DNA of 64,000 bases from Eledone cirrhosa (GCA_964016885.1 OZ024740.1:60946001-61010000), one strand, 5' to 3'. Shown: positions 13,045 through 26,414, counted from the stretch's first letter. The notes: a model not told the origin generated them from the letters alone. Program-made: numbers and translations.

Positions 13045-13325
13045 CAATAATTAATGATAATGAAAATTATTGTGTACAGTGCTCAGGTGCACTACAATTC
13101 ATCAAAGGTGCATGTATAATACATAGAATAATGTACAAATGTCAGGAGTGTGAACAGTGTATGTATCATGATATACACACAGATACATGCATGTGTGTGA
13201 ATGGAGGTGGAATATCAGGTGTTGTGTTGGCGAATTTCGGGAAGCCTGGAAGTTTTAAAGGATGCAGTGTCCTGACAACTAACAGCCAATGCAGGTAGTT
13301 TGTTCCATGCTTCAGCAACTCTGAA
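13045..13325 (-). mobile_element. CR1 LINE 3' end fragment
   Basis: Reverse complement of the 43890-44160 CR1 end (RVAEAWNKLPA, GTGCACCTGAGCAC stem-loop, ATT tail). Confidence 0.8.
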
Positions 13326-16058
13326 AAAAGATTCTGTAACTTTCATATAACCAATACAAAGAGCACTGGAATAGATTTAGATTTATGTTTTAAAAAATCA
13401 AAGGAATTGATGTATAGGTATGTGTTTGTATATTATGTCAACTACTTCAGTTGATTGCCATCGTCACTGATAAACCCATTGCTCTCTGGATTACCTTCAT
13501 TCTAACATTGACTCACATGTACAGTCTTGAAAAATAATCATTTTTCTTCCCATATAAAGAGAGAGAGGTAAAACTTAGGTAAATTCAACAAGAAGTAGGT
13601 TATAAATAATGACTAACTACGCACATTTTCCTCTTGAACATTTTTTTCTACATTTTCTTTCTTTTCTTACTTTCGTCTATCTTTCTATTTATTCTTTTCT
13701 TTCTATCTTCCAGTGGAAGATTGTCTGAAACATCAAGACTTTTTCACCACTATATCAAGTATTAAACTAATATAAATTATTGTACTGTATTGTTCCCCCT
13801 TGTTGCTTTCTCTCAACTGATATATAAAGATAAGATATTGTTGGGCTAAGACAAAGTATAGCAGCAGAACAGACATATAAATTAGTTTAGAAAGAATTCA
13901 AAAGCAAAATCAATAAAAAAACATTTTTATTTTATTTGTTGTGAATCCATATATCTTTTTTAATTCTTGAAATCAATTTTTATTTGTATTAGAGCATTTA
14001 TTCAGGCAAAATGTCACGAAATAATAAAAAAAAAAAAAAAAAAAAAAAAATTTTTTTTTATTTCCACTAAATTTATTAAATTGTCAGTTTCTATTGATAG
14101 TACTTTTTACAGAAACTTAGTGGATCATCTATTTTAAAATATCTGAGCAGTTGGAAATATGTACAAAGTGACAAAGAACAAACCTGAACTGTAAATAAAA
14201 TTATTTTCAGATGAGCTCAAAATAAATAGCAAGAAAAAGCGTTGCAAAATCAAAATTATGTTTTTGAAAGAGAAAAAGAATTCTTAAAACTAGTTGCAAT
14301 AAATGCTTTCTAAAAATAATGTAGATATTTGAAATCTATTAGATCTCCAAATCTGAATCTAATTTGAATAATCGCTTGGAGGTTAGAAGTTTAGAAAAGA
14401 AATTAAATGCTATACTAGTTATGGTACCTAGCATGCTCGGGTGCTAAATAGTGGAGAATTTTGTTTTCATTGCTGTTAACTTTTAACATTCTGCACTGCA
14501 GAAAACCACATTAGCAAGACATTTTTAAAAGTATAAAATGGTTCTACAAATGCATCATATTAATCTTGTGCTCTACTGAGAGCATGTGTATACTGGGTAC
14601 ATTTATTTGTAAATCACCAACACTAGAGAAGTTTTCATGTCTATGATGCAGCTGAAGAGTCTTCCTAACAACATGTTTAGCAAGTTTTCTACACCTGGAT
14701 GTTCTTCCTATCACCAACCATTTTACAGTTTACCAGATACATTTATCTTGTAGCTCAGCAACACTAGAAAGGTTGTTGTACTTTTGACACAAGTCATTTC
14801 AAATTTTTTGGCTTGGTTTCTAAAGCAATGTACCCTTCCTATTTATTGTCAGTCACTTTGCAGCATGTACCGGATGCATTTATCATGGCACCGTCACTAG
14901 AGATATTGTTATTGACTCAACTGAAGACCCATCTCTACCCCTACAGACGAGGGTGGAATGTTGGGGGTTAAGGGAGTGAGGGTCTACAGTGATGTGAATA
15001 GCTACTGCTAAGGACCCTCTCTTGCAACTGAATGAATCAATTTTAAATGTTCTCCTGTGCAACTGCTGCATATAAAGTCTATCTTCTTTAACCTACTTGC
15101 AATCTGTGTCCATAGATTACACTATGCATTTTAGGAAGTTTCTAAAGACCTCTTTCCTGATGGTAACACACCATCTTCATGTCTTCTTTCCTACTTAGGT
15201 TTTTAGTCTTTAAGTTTACTTTCAAGTCTTTTATTTCTAGATTCTTCCATGTCTGGGATTTTCTCTTAAACTCTCCCACAGATTCAGCTATAAGGACAAC
15301 TTCATCAGCCTACAGGAGTTCCATGGTGTGTCAGTTTTAAACTCCTTCATAATATATATATACATTCATGGCTGATTGAACACGCTTGTGATTTTTCTCA
15401 AATGTTTTCCGTTCCTTCTTCTTACTCCTAACTTTCTATTTCATCTTTTATTTCTCTAATATATTTCTTCATTGTACAGTTTTTTGCTTTGTTGTTTCCA
15501 TTTACGCACGCACGCTCGCATATTTCTAAGCAAAGTTATTTGAAGAAAGATTGGAATAGTTCTGGCCAGTCCAGTATTCACTCGAACACAAGAAGGCTCA
15601 CTACCTATAACTAATGCGTTAATTTGTACTGGATGCAGTAGCATGTGGCTAATGATAATTGCATATCATAAGTTCTTCTCTTGGGTCTGTCCTTGTGGTG
15701 AGGTGGCTTGTGTGTTCTGTAAATCTGAGTGTTACTGTCTGGAGTTTTGCTCCTGATAAGGCCACCCTAGGTGTGCTGGTCTTCTGGGGAGATTACAGAC
15801 CAACAGTGACCGACCAAAGAAGGCATCCCCATCATCTGACTATTTTGCGAAAAGCCAAAAACCCGGCCAGAAACTTACCAAAAGAAACCAGACTGCCCAA
15901 CATCGGAACAGACCTCTGCATGCCCCCCTACCATCAAGAAATTGATTTGCACCACAAAATTTGTGTTGCCACATGGAATGTCCTGTTGCTCCTTTGCAGC
16001 TACCCTGCTGTCCCAAGAGTTATCGCACTACATCATCACACTGGTGGGATTCTGCAAT

Positions 16059-16392
16059 GGAGGCACATGGCTTAGTGGTTAGAGCATTGGCCTTGCAATC
16101 GAAAGGTTGTGAGTTCAATTCTCAGACCGGGTGATGTGTTGTTTCCTTGAGCAAGACACTTTATTTCACATTGCTCCAGTTTACTCAGCTGTAGAAATGA
16201 GATGATAGAGACTGGGGTCCATATCATTCCACTGCAAAGTGGTCGTGGAGGTGCCACGGCAAAAAAGCACCCAGCACTCACTGTAAATGAGGTTGGTGTT
16301 AGGAAGGGCATCCAGCTGCAGAAATCAAGCCAGAATCAGTTCCCGTCCCACCTTTGCAAGCAGGGAAAAACGGACGTCAAATGATGATGATG
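16059..16392 (+). mobile_element. tRNA-derived SINE family B with RTE-derived tail
   Basis: A box TGGCTTAGTGG, B box GAGTTCAATTC; near-identical to 55393-55736; (GAT)n tail. Confidence 0.88.
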
Positions 16393-16499
16393 CTGGCCTG
16401 GCAGCAGAGAATTCATTGTGGGACACCACTGCCACATTTGGAGTTGCCCTGGTGACTGGCCAGCCCTTTACAGCCGGTTCAAGATAAACTTTACACTGA

Positions 16500-16775
16500 T
16501 GGAAATGCTGTCAGATGGACCTGCCCGAGATGCATGCAGAGTGACGAAACCATTCTGCACGCACTCGTCCAGTGTCTGTGGAGTTATGTCGAACACTTCC
16601 AGGGTGACCTCGAAGAGCTGGGTGGTTATCCCCCTATTCGGGAATTCTCATTGTTGTATTTTTCTTATTTTGTTTTTTTACACGTTTTATATGTAAACAC
16701 CCACTGTCCCCGGCTATTGTATTGTCCCCTATATGTCAGCCCTTGTGGCCAATAAATGATGCCATTATTATTATT
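16500..16775 (+). mobile_element. L1/Tx1-like LINE 3' fragment
   Basis: CPRCMQSDETILHALVQC zf-RVT-like motif; 3' end CCCTTGTGGCCAATAAA resembles 62157-62173. Confidence 0.6.
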
Positions 16776-17537
16776 GTAAATAATGTTTATACAGTTTTTA
16801 TCACTTACAAAAGTTCTAAATGAAGAAATTAGAAACCATTATAAGGCAATTAAGAAAGATTTTTGCAGTGTGAATGTGTAGTTCAGACATACATCATAAA
16901 AAGAAAATGTGATAAAATGTAATAAAGTATATATGGTCTTTCTATTTAGAGAAAAACCAAAATGTATTGCGTGAAAAAAATGGAATTGATGTGTTAGTAA
17001 AGACTCTAAAGACATACACACTTGGTATGGAGAATATTCATAATGCTGAATATCTGAAAACTGCCATTTTATTGACTTCAGCCCTTGATACATGTCTTTT
17101 GGATAATGGTGAGTATTCTTTGAATATTACTAAATTTTAAAAGTTACTAGTGCAAATTTTTCAAAGTTTGAAATAATTATTGTGAAAGCATGCTTTTATG
17201 AATTTCATTATGGTATGAAACTGCAGCATATTTTTGTACAATATTTGATATTTATATAATTTCTGATGAAAATTGAACAACCATGATGTCACACTAAGCT
17301 ATAAAAGGTGAGAACAGTGACTGTGCACTCTTTTCATCTGGCTCAATTACAATATTGGACACCTAGGACTACTAGCTGTGTTTGACCATTGTTAACTAGC
17401 TAGAGACTGACAAGCATGGATCTTTTTGCTCTGTGTGTATGTGAGTGTACATATATATATATATCTCTATCTGGGGTGGGTAAAATTTGTGTGTGTATGT
17501 GTGGTTTTTGGAAACATTTTTTTTTTTTGTAACACTC

Positions 17538-17818
17538 CAGAGTTGCTGAAGCATGGAACAAACTACCTGCATCAGTTGTTAGATGTCAGGACACTGCACC
17601 CTTCAAAACTTCCATGCTTCCTGAAATTCGCCAGCACTACACCTGATATCTCCCCTCCATACGCATGCATGCATGTATCTGTGTATAACATGACTCGTAC
17701 ACTGCTCACTTTCCTAATATTTGTACATTATTCTATATACTATACATGCACATTTGATGAGTTGTAGTGCACCTGAGCACTGTACACAATAATTACATAA
17801 TTATCATTATTATTATTA
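17538..17818 (+). mobile_element. CR1 LINE 3' end fragment
   Basis: Matches 43888-44160 including the stem-loop and (ATT)n tail. Confidence 0.82.
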
Positions 17819-18255
17819 TGCAAGTGCACACCTATGACCTTTGTTAGGTCTCTGTGGCTAATGATATTGATAGGGATGATGTTCTATTTGAACATCTGTA
17901 AGTTGTCTGCAGAAAAAAGTGTGGTTGAGAAGGGAACAAAGTGTGGAATGGGTAGAATAGGTCGAGAGTTTGATAGAATGCCAGGCAGTATTTTTTCTGT
18001 CCCTCTGTACTAGTGATCTTTTTAGGGTAAAAAAAAAAAATATAGTACCAGCCCATATAATAATACTAGGGTTGATTCTCTCCTATTTCCCTCCCTCTTC
18101 ACCCCTCCCCTCTTATATATTAGTAAAGCTTTAACATTTTTGTTAACAATAATTTTATTTTTCAAAAGATTAACTGACTATAAAGAAATAAGGGAAAAAA
18201 AACTTTCAAAATTTTACAATTTTTAACTATTTGATGTATTTTTATTTTTTTCAAG

Positions 18256-18387
18256 TAACCAATGTTGAATTATTTGGTAATTATGGAGGAATAGAAATAT
18301 TAGTGAAACTGCTTCGTCTCTGTAACAACGACTTATCCAATGAGATCCAAGTAATTCTTGCAATAGCTCATGCCACAGACAATTCTG
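18256..18387 (+). CDS. TERB1: TERB1-like exon (ARM repeat), first exon located
   Basis: ttttcaag|...|gtgagt, phase 1-1; TNVELFGNYGGIEILVKLL..VILAIAHATDNS is armadillo-like. Confidence 0.8.
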
Positions 18388-18499
18388 GTGAGTGGATTTA
18401 TATTTATATATTTTCTGCCAGGAGTTGCAACCGGTAGATATATAATAATGAAATATTGTGAACAGTGCTCAGGTGCACTACAACAAAATTAATGTGCAA

Positions 18500-18680
18500 G
18501 TGGCTGAGCATTCCACAGACACGCGTAGCCTTAATGTATTTCTCGGAGATTCAACATGACACAGAATGTGCTGACCCTTCGAATTACAGGTACAATTCAG
18601 CTGAGTGAACTGGAACAATGTGAAATAGTGTTTTGCTCAAATGCACAACATGCCACCGGGAATCGAATTTGCAACCATTG
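18500..18680 (-). mobile_element. SINE related to the family B head/body
   Basis: CAGCTGAGTGAACTGGAACAATGTGAAATAGTG is the reverse complement of the family B body. Confidence 0.6.
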
Positions 18681-18707
18681 TTATAGCTGTTATACTTATT
18701 ATTTCAA

Positions 18708-18896
18708 GGGCGGTGGATTGGCAGTATCGGTAGAGGGTCGGACGCCATGCTTTGCAGCATAGTTATGTCCCTTTGCGGTCTGAGTTGAAATCCCGTCGAG
18801 GTTAACTTTGCCTTACGTCATTACAGGGTCAATAAAATAAAGCACCAGTAATGCACTGGGATAATTGCTGGCCTTGTGCAAAAAGTAGAAACAATT
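18708..18896 (+). mobile_element. tRNA-derived SINE family A
   Basis: GGGCGGTGGATTGGCAGTATCGG head, B-box-like motif, GTAGAAACAATT end. Confidence 0.85.
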
Positions 18897-18936
18897 TGTT
18901 AATTTCCACAATTTCTGTTAATTTCTTTTGCTGTAG

Positions 18937-19062
18937 CTATCAACAAACAAAGTTTTCTTGACTGTGGTGGACTTGCTTTTTTGGTTAAGAGATTCATGAA
19001 TTGTCCTGAGAATCAAGAACTGCAATCTACTTTAAAGTATGTCCTACAGACATGTATCCCAG
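18937..19062 (+). CDS. TERB1: TERB1-like exon (ARM repeat)
   Basis: ctgtag|...|gtgaag, phase 1-1; INKQSFLDCGGLAFLVKRF..LKYVLQTC. Confidence 0.8.
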
Positions 19063-19127
19063 GTGAAGATTTTATTTTATTTTTACTTAAGCCAGTGCTT
19101 TTCCTTTGGCATTATTTTGATATACCA

Positions 19128-19372
19128 TTCAAATCTCGCCGAGGTTGACTTTGCCTTTCATCCTTATGGAGTCGATAAAATAAAGTACCAGTAATACACT
19201 GGGTAATTGCTGGCCTTGTGCCTAAAGTAGAAACAATCATTTTGATATGCCATTTTAAGTTCAAATCCCGCTGAGGTTAACTTTGCCTTTCATCCTTACG
19301 GGGTCGATAAAATAAAGTACCAGTAATGCACTGGGTAATTGCTGGCCTTATGCCAAAAGTAGAAACAATTAT
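19128..19372 (+). mobile_element. Tandem pair of 5'-truncated family A SINEs
   Basis: Two consecutive B-box-to-tail modules, each bordered by AT(T/C)ATTTTGATAT. Confidence 0.8.
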
Positions 19373-20588
19373 TTTGATATCAATCTAAATATATGGGTTA
19401 CTTTTACTTGAACATTTAAAATTACATTTGTTTCCTATACATATCTCAATTAACAATTATGAAATGTTCAAGAATGAAGCCTTTGTGTGGAGAAATGGAA
19501 TGGCTTAGTAAAGTTATGTGGTTGATGCTTTATGCACTTGATGGCAAAAATGTTTTGTACTGGTTGCCCCTACCACACCCCTGTTGCTCAACTGATTTTT
19601 GCTTTTTACCCTTCTCTGGGGGTAATAAAATTGAAAGTGCTATGGTCATTATTGTCAACTAAATCCTTGAATGTAGGTACCCCACAATGATTCCAGTATA
19701 ACGACTGAAACCAGTCAAATAATGGAATCGTCATCATCATTCAACATCTGTCTTCTTTGCTAATAAGGATTTGACAGTTCTTCGCCACAGACCAGACCAG
19801 GTCAGTTCACAAACAGCTACTGACCTTTGAGATGGGTTGGTGCTAGTTTACATATTACTTGCATACGTTGCTGTGATTTACTGAAAGCATTTTATCATGG
19901 TGCCAACGCTAGAGAAGTTATGTCTTTGCTAGGTTTTCTATGCCTGGATGCCCTTATCCATCACCAAGCATTTTACAGTGTGTACTGCGTGTGTAAAATA
20001 AAAGAATATATTAGGATAATACAGAAAAACAAAGTAGCTATTATAAAGACACATGGTTATAAATGCAATAGACACTATACCATCAGTTAAGATGCCACAG
20101 AATATCAATTGTCATTAACTTAAGTTGCTTTAACATTTATATAATCCTATAATTCTACTATGAAATATAGCTTGATTTCATTTGCTGTTAAGTATTTGGA
20201 GTTTACTGAAATAGGGAATATCTATCATCTTTTCCTTTTATCTAAATAGATAGTAATCTTAATTAACAAACTTATATTTATATTTCCTGTGACACTAATT
20301 ATCGACGAAAAGAAATGTGTTGTTCATCTCTTGAACAAGATGTATGATTAAAAATGTTCCAGCCTTGACAATCATGTCCTTTTGTTGATGACTACTTTGT
20401 CCTATGCATTGCTATTTAATATGGTGGACATAGATTTGAGGCAGATTTAGCTGCTATTTCTTGCACTTCATACATTGTATTTGCAAAGGAGTATGACAAA
20501 CGTGTTCCAAAGGAAATAACTATTTTTATATCGTGTTGTGTCCTTTGTAAAATATGAAAAACTAAGAAAATAGTTTTAACTACTAGAC

Positions 20589-20780
20589 CAACGTTTTCAG
20601 ACCTGTGTTCCTGGGAATCCTAGGATTCAGCAAAAGGTCGTTAGAGGTTCTGTGAGAAACGGTAACAAATAGGCTAATGCATGTTAATAATTTTCATGCA
20701 GGGGTTCCCTGAGAGATATAAATTATTTCAAGGAAATTATTTCAAGGGTTCCACAAGAGTAAAAAGGTTGAGAATGCTAC
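20589..20780. mobile_element. hAT (Charlie/MER5-like) MITE, degraded
   Basis: ACTAGAC duplicated on both flanks; CAACGTTTTCAGACCT / AGGTTGAGAATGCT degenerate TIRs. Confidence 0.55.
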
Positions 20781-20943
20781 ACTAGACTATAAGAGAATGA
20801 TTTTTATTTTTATTTTTATTTAAAATCTTTGATAGAGCTCACACACAACAGGCTTCCCCATAGTTTCAGCCTACTAAATACCTAGAGTGCTACTTTTTAT
20901 AGCGTCGATTATTTTGTGTATTTTTTTCTTGTTCTTCCACAAG

Positions 20944-21001
20944 ATGGCTCCAATCCTGTTAATTCTACAGAAAACCTGGAGGATGACAGCCTAATAAATG
21001 A
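20944..21001 (+). CDS. TERB1: TERB1-like exon
   Basis: ttccacaag|...|gtaagt, phase 1-2, open (GSNPVNSTENLEDDSLIN). Confidence 0.7.
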
Positions 21002-21797
21002 GTAAGTATTTCATTAGTTTTATATTTTTAATCTGGAAAAGAATATTTTAATTCTCAAGTATGCACTGTAAGGCAGAAGTGTCGGTGCCATTGCCAAAAG
21101 CCCCCAGTTCACACTGTAAGATAGTACTGCAGGTGCCATGATAAAAAGCACCAAAGTCACCCTGTAGGACGGTAGTGTTGGTGCTACAATAATAAGATGT
21201 TAGTGCTAGAGTCACAATAATATGCTCCCAGTACATACTGTAAAGTGATTGGTGTTAGGAAGGGGATCTGACCATAGAAACTAAGCCAGAAATGTCTCAC
21301 TTACACACATGCTGATTTTTGCATGATTTCCAATCACCAACATAATAAAAAGAAATACCTGAGTTTTGACTTTGTGCTTGCTTGCTTAATTCTTAGCCTC
21401 TCAAATTTAGTTGGAGATAAATATGGCTGTTAGTGTAAGTTAATACACAAAATATTTATATATAAAACCATTGAATATAGAAAAGTAGTGCTATATTTCC
21501 CAATTATTCATTTGGGTTACCTATCCAAGATTTGAACAAATTAAAGGATTGCATTTGTAACATCCCACTTTAACATTTGTAAAAGGTCTTACAATAGGAT
21601 TTAGGGATACAAAATCTTACATTTTAAAGCGACCCTTTTTAAATTGAAAACTTTCATAAAAATTTTATTTAAGACCCTTTTAATAAACATGAAGTTAGTA
21701 ATTTCACTAAATCCCCTCCAAATTCATAATTATCCAAAAAATTAATTAAAACACATAGGCATTATATTTCATTAGAAATATAATACCTATTATATTA

Positions 21798-21988
21798 GGG
21801 TGATGGATTGGCAGTATAGGTAGAGGATCTGACGCCATGCCTTACAGCATAGTTACGGCTCTTTATGGTCTGAGTTCAAATCCCGCTGAGGTTAACATTG
21901 CCTTTCATCCTTACAGGGTTGATAAAATAAAGTACCAGCAATGTACAGGGATAATTGCTGGCCTTGTGCCAAAAGTAGAAACAATTAT
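21798..21988 (+). mobile_element. SINE family A
   Basis: Full head-to-tail module; ATTATATTTCATTAGAAA duplicated on both sides. Confidence 0.85.
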
Positions 21989-22176
21989 ATTTCATTAGAA
22001 AAGGTTATAACTACTGCTTATCTACCTAAAAACAAGAAATTGACAATCCTCAATTTTGGGAATTCTTTGTGGCTTGAAACAAAGGCTTAGCTTGAAACAG
22101 CAGATAAAAAAAATGTAAGATTCTGGCCATGAAAGTTTTTGTGTGTGTATGGCTTACAACAAAATACTAGTTCCAT

Positions 22177-22489
22177 GGATATAACTATAATAGTATACCA
22201 GGATATAACTATAATAGTATACCAGGATATAACTATAATAGTATACCAGGATATAGATGTAATAGTATACCAGTTAACTATATACAGATGTAACAGTGTG
22301 CCAGTATACCAAATAACCCTTTAATGTTCAAACCGGCCAGAATTCTTTACCTTTTTCTGTTGAAATTGGCTGTAACTGGTCACTCAAACCGATGTTAAGG
22401 TATTGTTCTCAAAATAAATGCTTTCAAAATCTGATTCGATATTATGTGAGATAATTATGTGATAAAGCATTTACCATGAAAATATAATA

Positions 22490-22553
<64 letters not shown>

Positions 22554-22655
22554 TAATGTGAATGCTAAAGGGTTAACCAGATATAGTCACAGTATACCAG
22601 TTAACTGGATACAGATGTCACATTATACCAGTTAACTGGATACAGATGTCACATT
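22177..22655 (+). repeat. Minisatellite (24-30 bp units, GGATATAACTATAATAGTATACCA and variants) interrupted by a piggyBac MITE
   Basis: Repeat units are visible on both sides of 22317-22572. Confidence 0.75.
22317..22572. mobile_element. piggyBac-type MITE with internal (TA)n
   Basis: (A)TAA-CCCTTTAA...TGCTAAAGGG-TTAA; homologous to 33910 and 46331. Confidence 0.8.
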
Positions 22656-22657
22656 CT

Positions 22658-22900
22658 GTAGAGGGTCGGACGCCATGCTTTGACGCATAGTTACGGCCCT
22701 TGCCAATCTGAGTTCAAATCCCGCCGAGGTGAACTTTGCCTTTCATCCTTGTGGGATTGATAAAATAAAGTACCAGTAATACACTGGGTAATTGCTGGCC
22801 TTGTGCCAAAGGTAGAAACAATTATTAGGGCGGTGGATTGGCAGTATCGGTAGAGGGTCGGACGCCATGCTTTGACGTATAGTTACGGCCCTTGCCATCA
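22658..22900 (+). mobile_element. Family A SINE followed head-to-tail by a second SINE head
   Basis: ...AAACAATTATTA|GGGCGGTGGATTGG... Confidence 0.8.
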
Positions 22901-23301
22901 ATTATTGTGGTTTTGCAGACAGTCAATTTGATATAAAATTATTTTACATTATACATTTCTTGTCTTTTGAATGACATTTGAATTTATCATCATCATTATT
23001 TTATGATAATGATTTTAAATATCATCCAGAGTACAAAAAAAGTATTATTTGAAATTTTTTTTTAGACAATTTAATATATAAAAAAATTGAAAAATATTTC
23101 ATCATGATGCTCATAATAATTTTATGTCTGCTTTTCCATGAATGCTTGAGTTGGATGGGTCTGTTGAAAAAAAAGCCTTTGCAACCCATATAAGAGTGGA
23201 AACGTGTAAAATGACGATAATGTTGAGTTTTATTATTCATTATATTTTTTATATCAAATTGTCCCCAGTAATTAATGGATTTAATTTCTTATTTCTTCTA
23301 G

Positions 23302-23392
23302 TCAGCAAATACAGCCCACTAATGAAAACATGGGATTAATATCTGAAAAACTTGATTTTGTTCTTGAAAAGTTGACCGACCTAGAAAATAAA
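23302..23392 (+). CDS. TERB1: TERB1-like exon (coiled coil)
   Basis: ttctag|...|gtaaga, phase 2-0; ISEKLDFVLEKLTDLENK heptad pattern. Confidence 0.75.
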
Positions 23393-23899
23393 GTAAGAAG
23401 TAATTTTTATTCTAGATGGCTTTTAAATATAACAAGTTTCCCACTGTAAAAACTTATTGGGATATGTCCTATCTGTTAATATTGCACTCAGATCTTTATA
23501 CTTCAAGTGGGACAAACTTGTCTAACCCATGCTAGCATAGAAAATGGACATTGAATGATGATATATATGTCAGGTTGCTCCTGAGTGTTACTGGTAACAT
23601 TACATGTAACCCAGTACAACCTGTCGTCAGTAACTAAACCAGCAACCCAACCAAGCTTGCTTGGTGAGGAGAGTGATCAGACACCCTTTTTTACATTTTT
23701 ACATTTTATCTTATCTATTTAACCTAAATATTATTTATCTGGAAAAAAAAAACCTATGGCTGTTGTTGCAGCTACCATTGTTCCTTTTTTTGTTGTTGTT
23801 GAAAGGAGGACATTCTGAAAAACTTGCAGTTGATACAGCTACTGATCATCATGCATCTGCTTGTCATTGGATTATGGCTGTTGATACTTAGAGAGCAGC

Positions 23900-25820
23900 A
23901 TGTGTGTAGCACAAGCACATGCTACTTTGATCTCCTTTTGCAGATATCGCCAGTTTTCGGAATAGGAACTTGCTTTGGCGGAGTCTTTTTTGAATGAGCC
24001 ACCCTTTCCAGGGAGAACACTACTTGACAGGGAATTATCCACAAATCCAGAACACAGAACTGCTATTGTTGGCTGAGAATTGAGCAGGTATAATATTGAT
24101 ATAGCTGCACTCTCTGAAACCTGCCTTAGTGGTGAAAGTCTATCAGAGAGAGGTACTGGCTATACATTCTTCTGGAAAGGGAAACTAAATGGGAAGAAAG
24201 GAATGGAGGGGTAGGTTTTGCTGTCTGGACAGATCATAAATTGACTGGATCAACCACAAGGCATTTGTGATCGTATCATGCACCTAAGAATTCCTATTTC
24301 AAGTGGACGTTAAATGACTGTCATTTCAGTGTATGCCCTACCCTGCAGAGTAGCCAAGAATCAATCATGGCTTTTTACCAAGATTTATGAGTGTATAACA
24401 TTGATTCCACATTCAGACAAGATCTTGCCTCTTGGAGATTATAATGCACGTGTGGGAAAGGGTGAACACATCTGGAGTGTTTTATGACGTTACGGCATGC
24501 ACAAGATGAGTACCAATGGTCTTCTTTTCCAATTATGCACTGAGATCCAAACAGACACATCTTGGATATCATCACCAGGAAGAGAGACCATCTGTTATGT
24601 AAGAGTAATGCAAGGTGCAGAATGTGCTACAGACTGTAAACTTGTACATGGCAAGATAAAGGTGCAAGTCAAGAAAATTGACGGCAGCAGGGGTACAAGT
24701 GCCAAAACATAGATGTGTTGAAACTGCAGAGTTTAGAAATGAAAGATGCTCTTTAAAATGCACTTGATGCCATCTTTCATGAAACTTGGGAACAGTTTAA
24801 AACAGAGGTTTACAGTGTTTGGGCTGATATACTTTGTGTTTAGACGACAAAGCACATACAGATGATGTTGTAGTCACCATGCTCATTGAAGAGAAGAAAA
24901 CAAGCTGTATGAGCAGTGTCTTGTTGCAGAGGGTCCAATGTGGAAACTTTTTGAAGTTAGAAGTTTCAGCAGATATGCAGAGGGCTTATAACTCCAGAGA
25001 CTTAAAGGTATTTAGCACAATAAGGCAGGTTTTTGGTTCACAGCTCTCAAAAATGACACCATTGAAGTGGGAACGTCCTCATCAAAAATCCAGCAGGAAT
25101 CATGAGTCTGTGGACTGAACACTCTAAAGATCTGTTTGACAACCCATCTGAAGTTATGATGAAATTATTAATGGACTGCCACAAAAGGGGACTAATAGAG
25201 TTGGGCTGGTCATACGGTCAGGAAGAATGATGGAAGGCTGCCTAAACAGTTATTTCCTGGGGAGCTGACCAGAGGAAAAAGGCCCCAACATAAACCAAAG
25301 TGCAGTTTAAGGATGTCATAAAAGACAATCTTAAAGCTCTGAACATTGATATGGAAAACTGGGAAAGACTGGCTGAAGGCATAGAGAAAAATCATCAAGT
25401 ATGGATATGATGTCTTTGAGAAAAAGCAAGTGGAGCATGCTATTTTGAAGCGTTCACTCTGTAAGCGGGATCCAAGTGCAGTGGCTGCAACACTCCAGGA
25501 ATTGAGGTGCAATGTATGTGACCGATTTCTTCTAACGAGCTGGATTTGTCAACCATCTGAAATCATACGAGCTGGGGAGAAATCGAGCAACCTGTGAGAT
25601 GGTTCTACTGCCACACACTCTATGGTACATTTGCAGTGAGTGTGGCTTAATTTTCAAGCCAGCAGGTGGACTGACCAGACTTGGTAGAATGCATGGAGAT
25701 ACACTCCAGATGGTATTACCACCAGACAGGCAGTCCAAGTGCCACACCTGTGAATGTACCTGCAAAACAAAAGCGGGTCTGAAAATTCAACTGCATGCAC
25801 ATAATTGTGCAATGTTCAAT
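23900..25820 (+). mobile_element. Decayed RTE (BovB-like) LINE with RT largely deleted and C-terminal zinc fingers
   Basis: APE motifs ELSRYNIDIAALSET and LGDYNARVG; 3' R.WAGH.VR.NDGRLPKQL; three CxxC-x12-H-like motifs at 25507-25802. Confidence 0.75.
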
Positions 25821-25823
25821 GAA

Positions 25824-25824
<1 letters not shown>

Positions 25825-25887
<63 letters not shown>
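25825..25887. repeat. (TG)n microsatellite
   Basis: Directly visible. Confidence 0.97.
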
Positions 25888-25890
<3 letters not shown>

Positions 25891-26414
25891 GAACAATGAA
25901 AATACAACAAAAGACAAAGATACGTGTTTAATTAGTTCATTGTTACAATCGTTTCTAAAGATTGATTGATCATGATATATCGATATAGTGACTAATTAAT
26001 AGGGTTTATACTGCCACATAATTATTAGTTACGATACACTAGATCCATTTCAGTCTTCCTCAGAAACAACAAACTATAAGCTTTATCTGTAAGATATATA
26101 AAAAGGTTGAAACACATCAATTAGATATGTAGACCAAGAAAAATGAATAAAAGATATTAGGATTCATAAAGAGAAAGAAATATATACAGAAAAACATTTG
26201 AAAAAAAATAACTGGAAGAAAGGTAACTAGAAAAATAATAAAATAAACAAATAAATAATACTATAACGAATGTGAGGAAAAGTTAATTATCAAAAGGGAA
26301 TCTTTTAGAAGAATAAACAAATAAATGAATAGATGAACTCTGTTACTATCTGTCATCCAAGCTTTCTACCCACTACAGTTCGTCACATATTGGTCTGCAA
26401 TTATTATCAATGCC

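Noticed and set aside
6600-18250. Upstream TERB1 exons
   Set aside because: AG..GT candidates near 7670, 11060, 12965 and 14110 gave no convincing ARM-like peptide. The 5' exons were either missed or lie before the window.
25716-25910. HT- and CV-repeat ORFs and most other short ORFs in the track
   Set aside because: Translations of microsatellites, SINEs or the antisense strands of TE ORFs.
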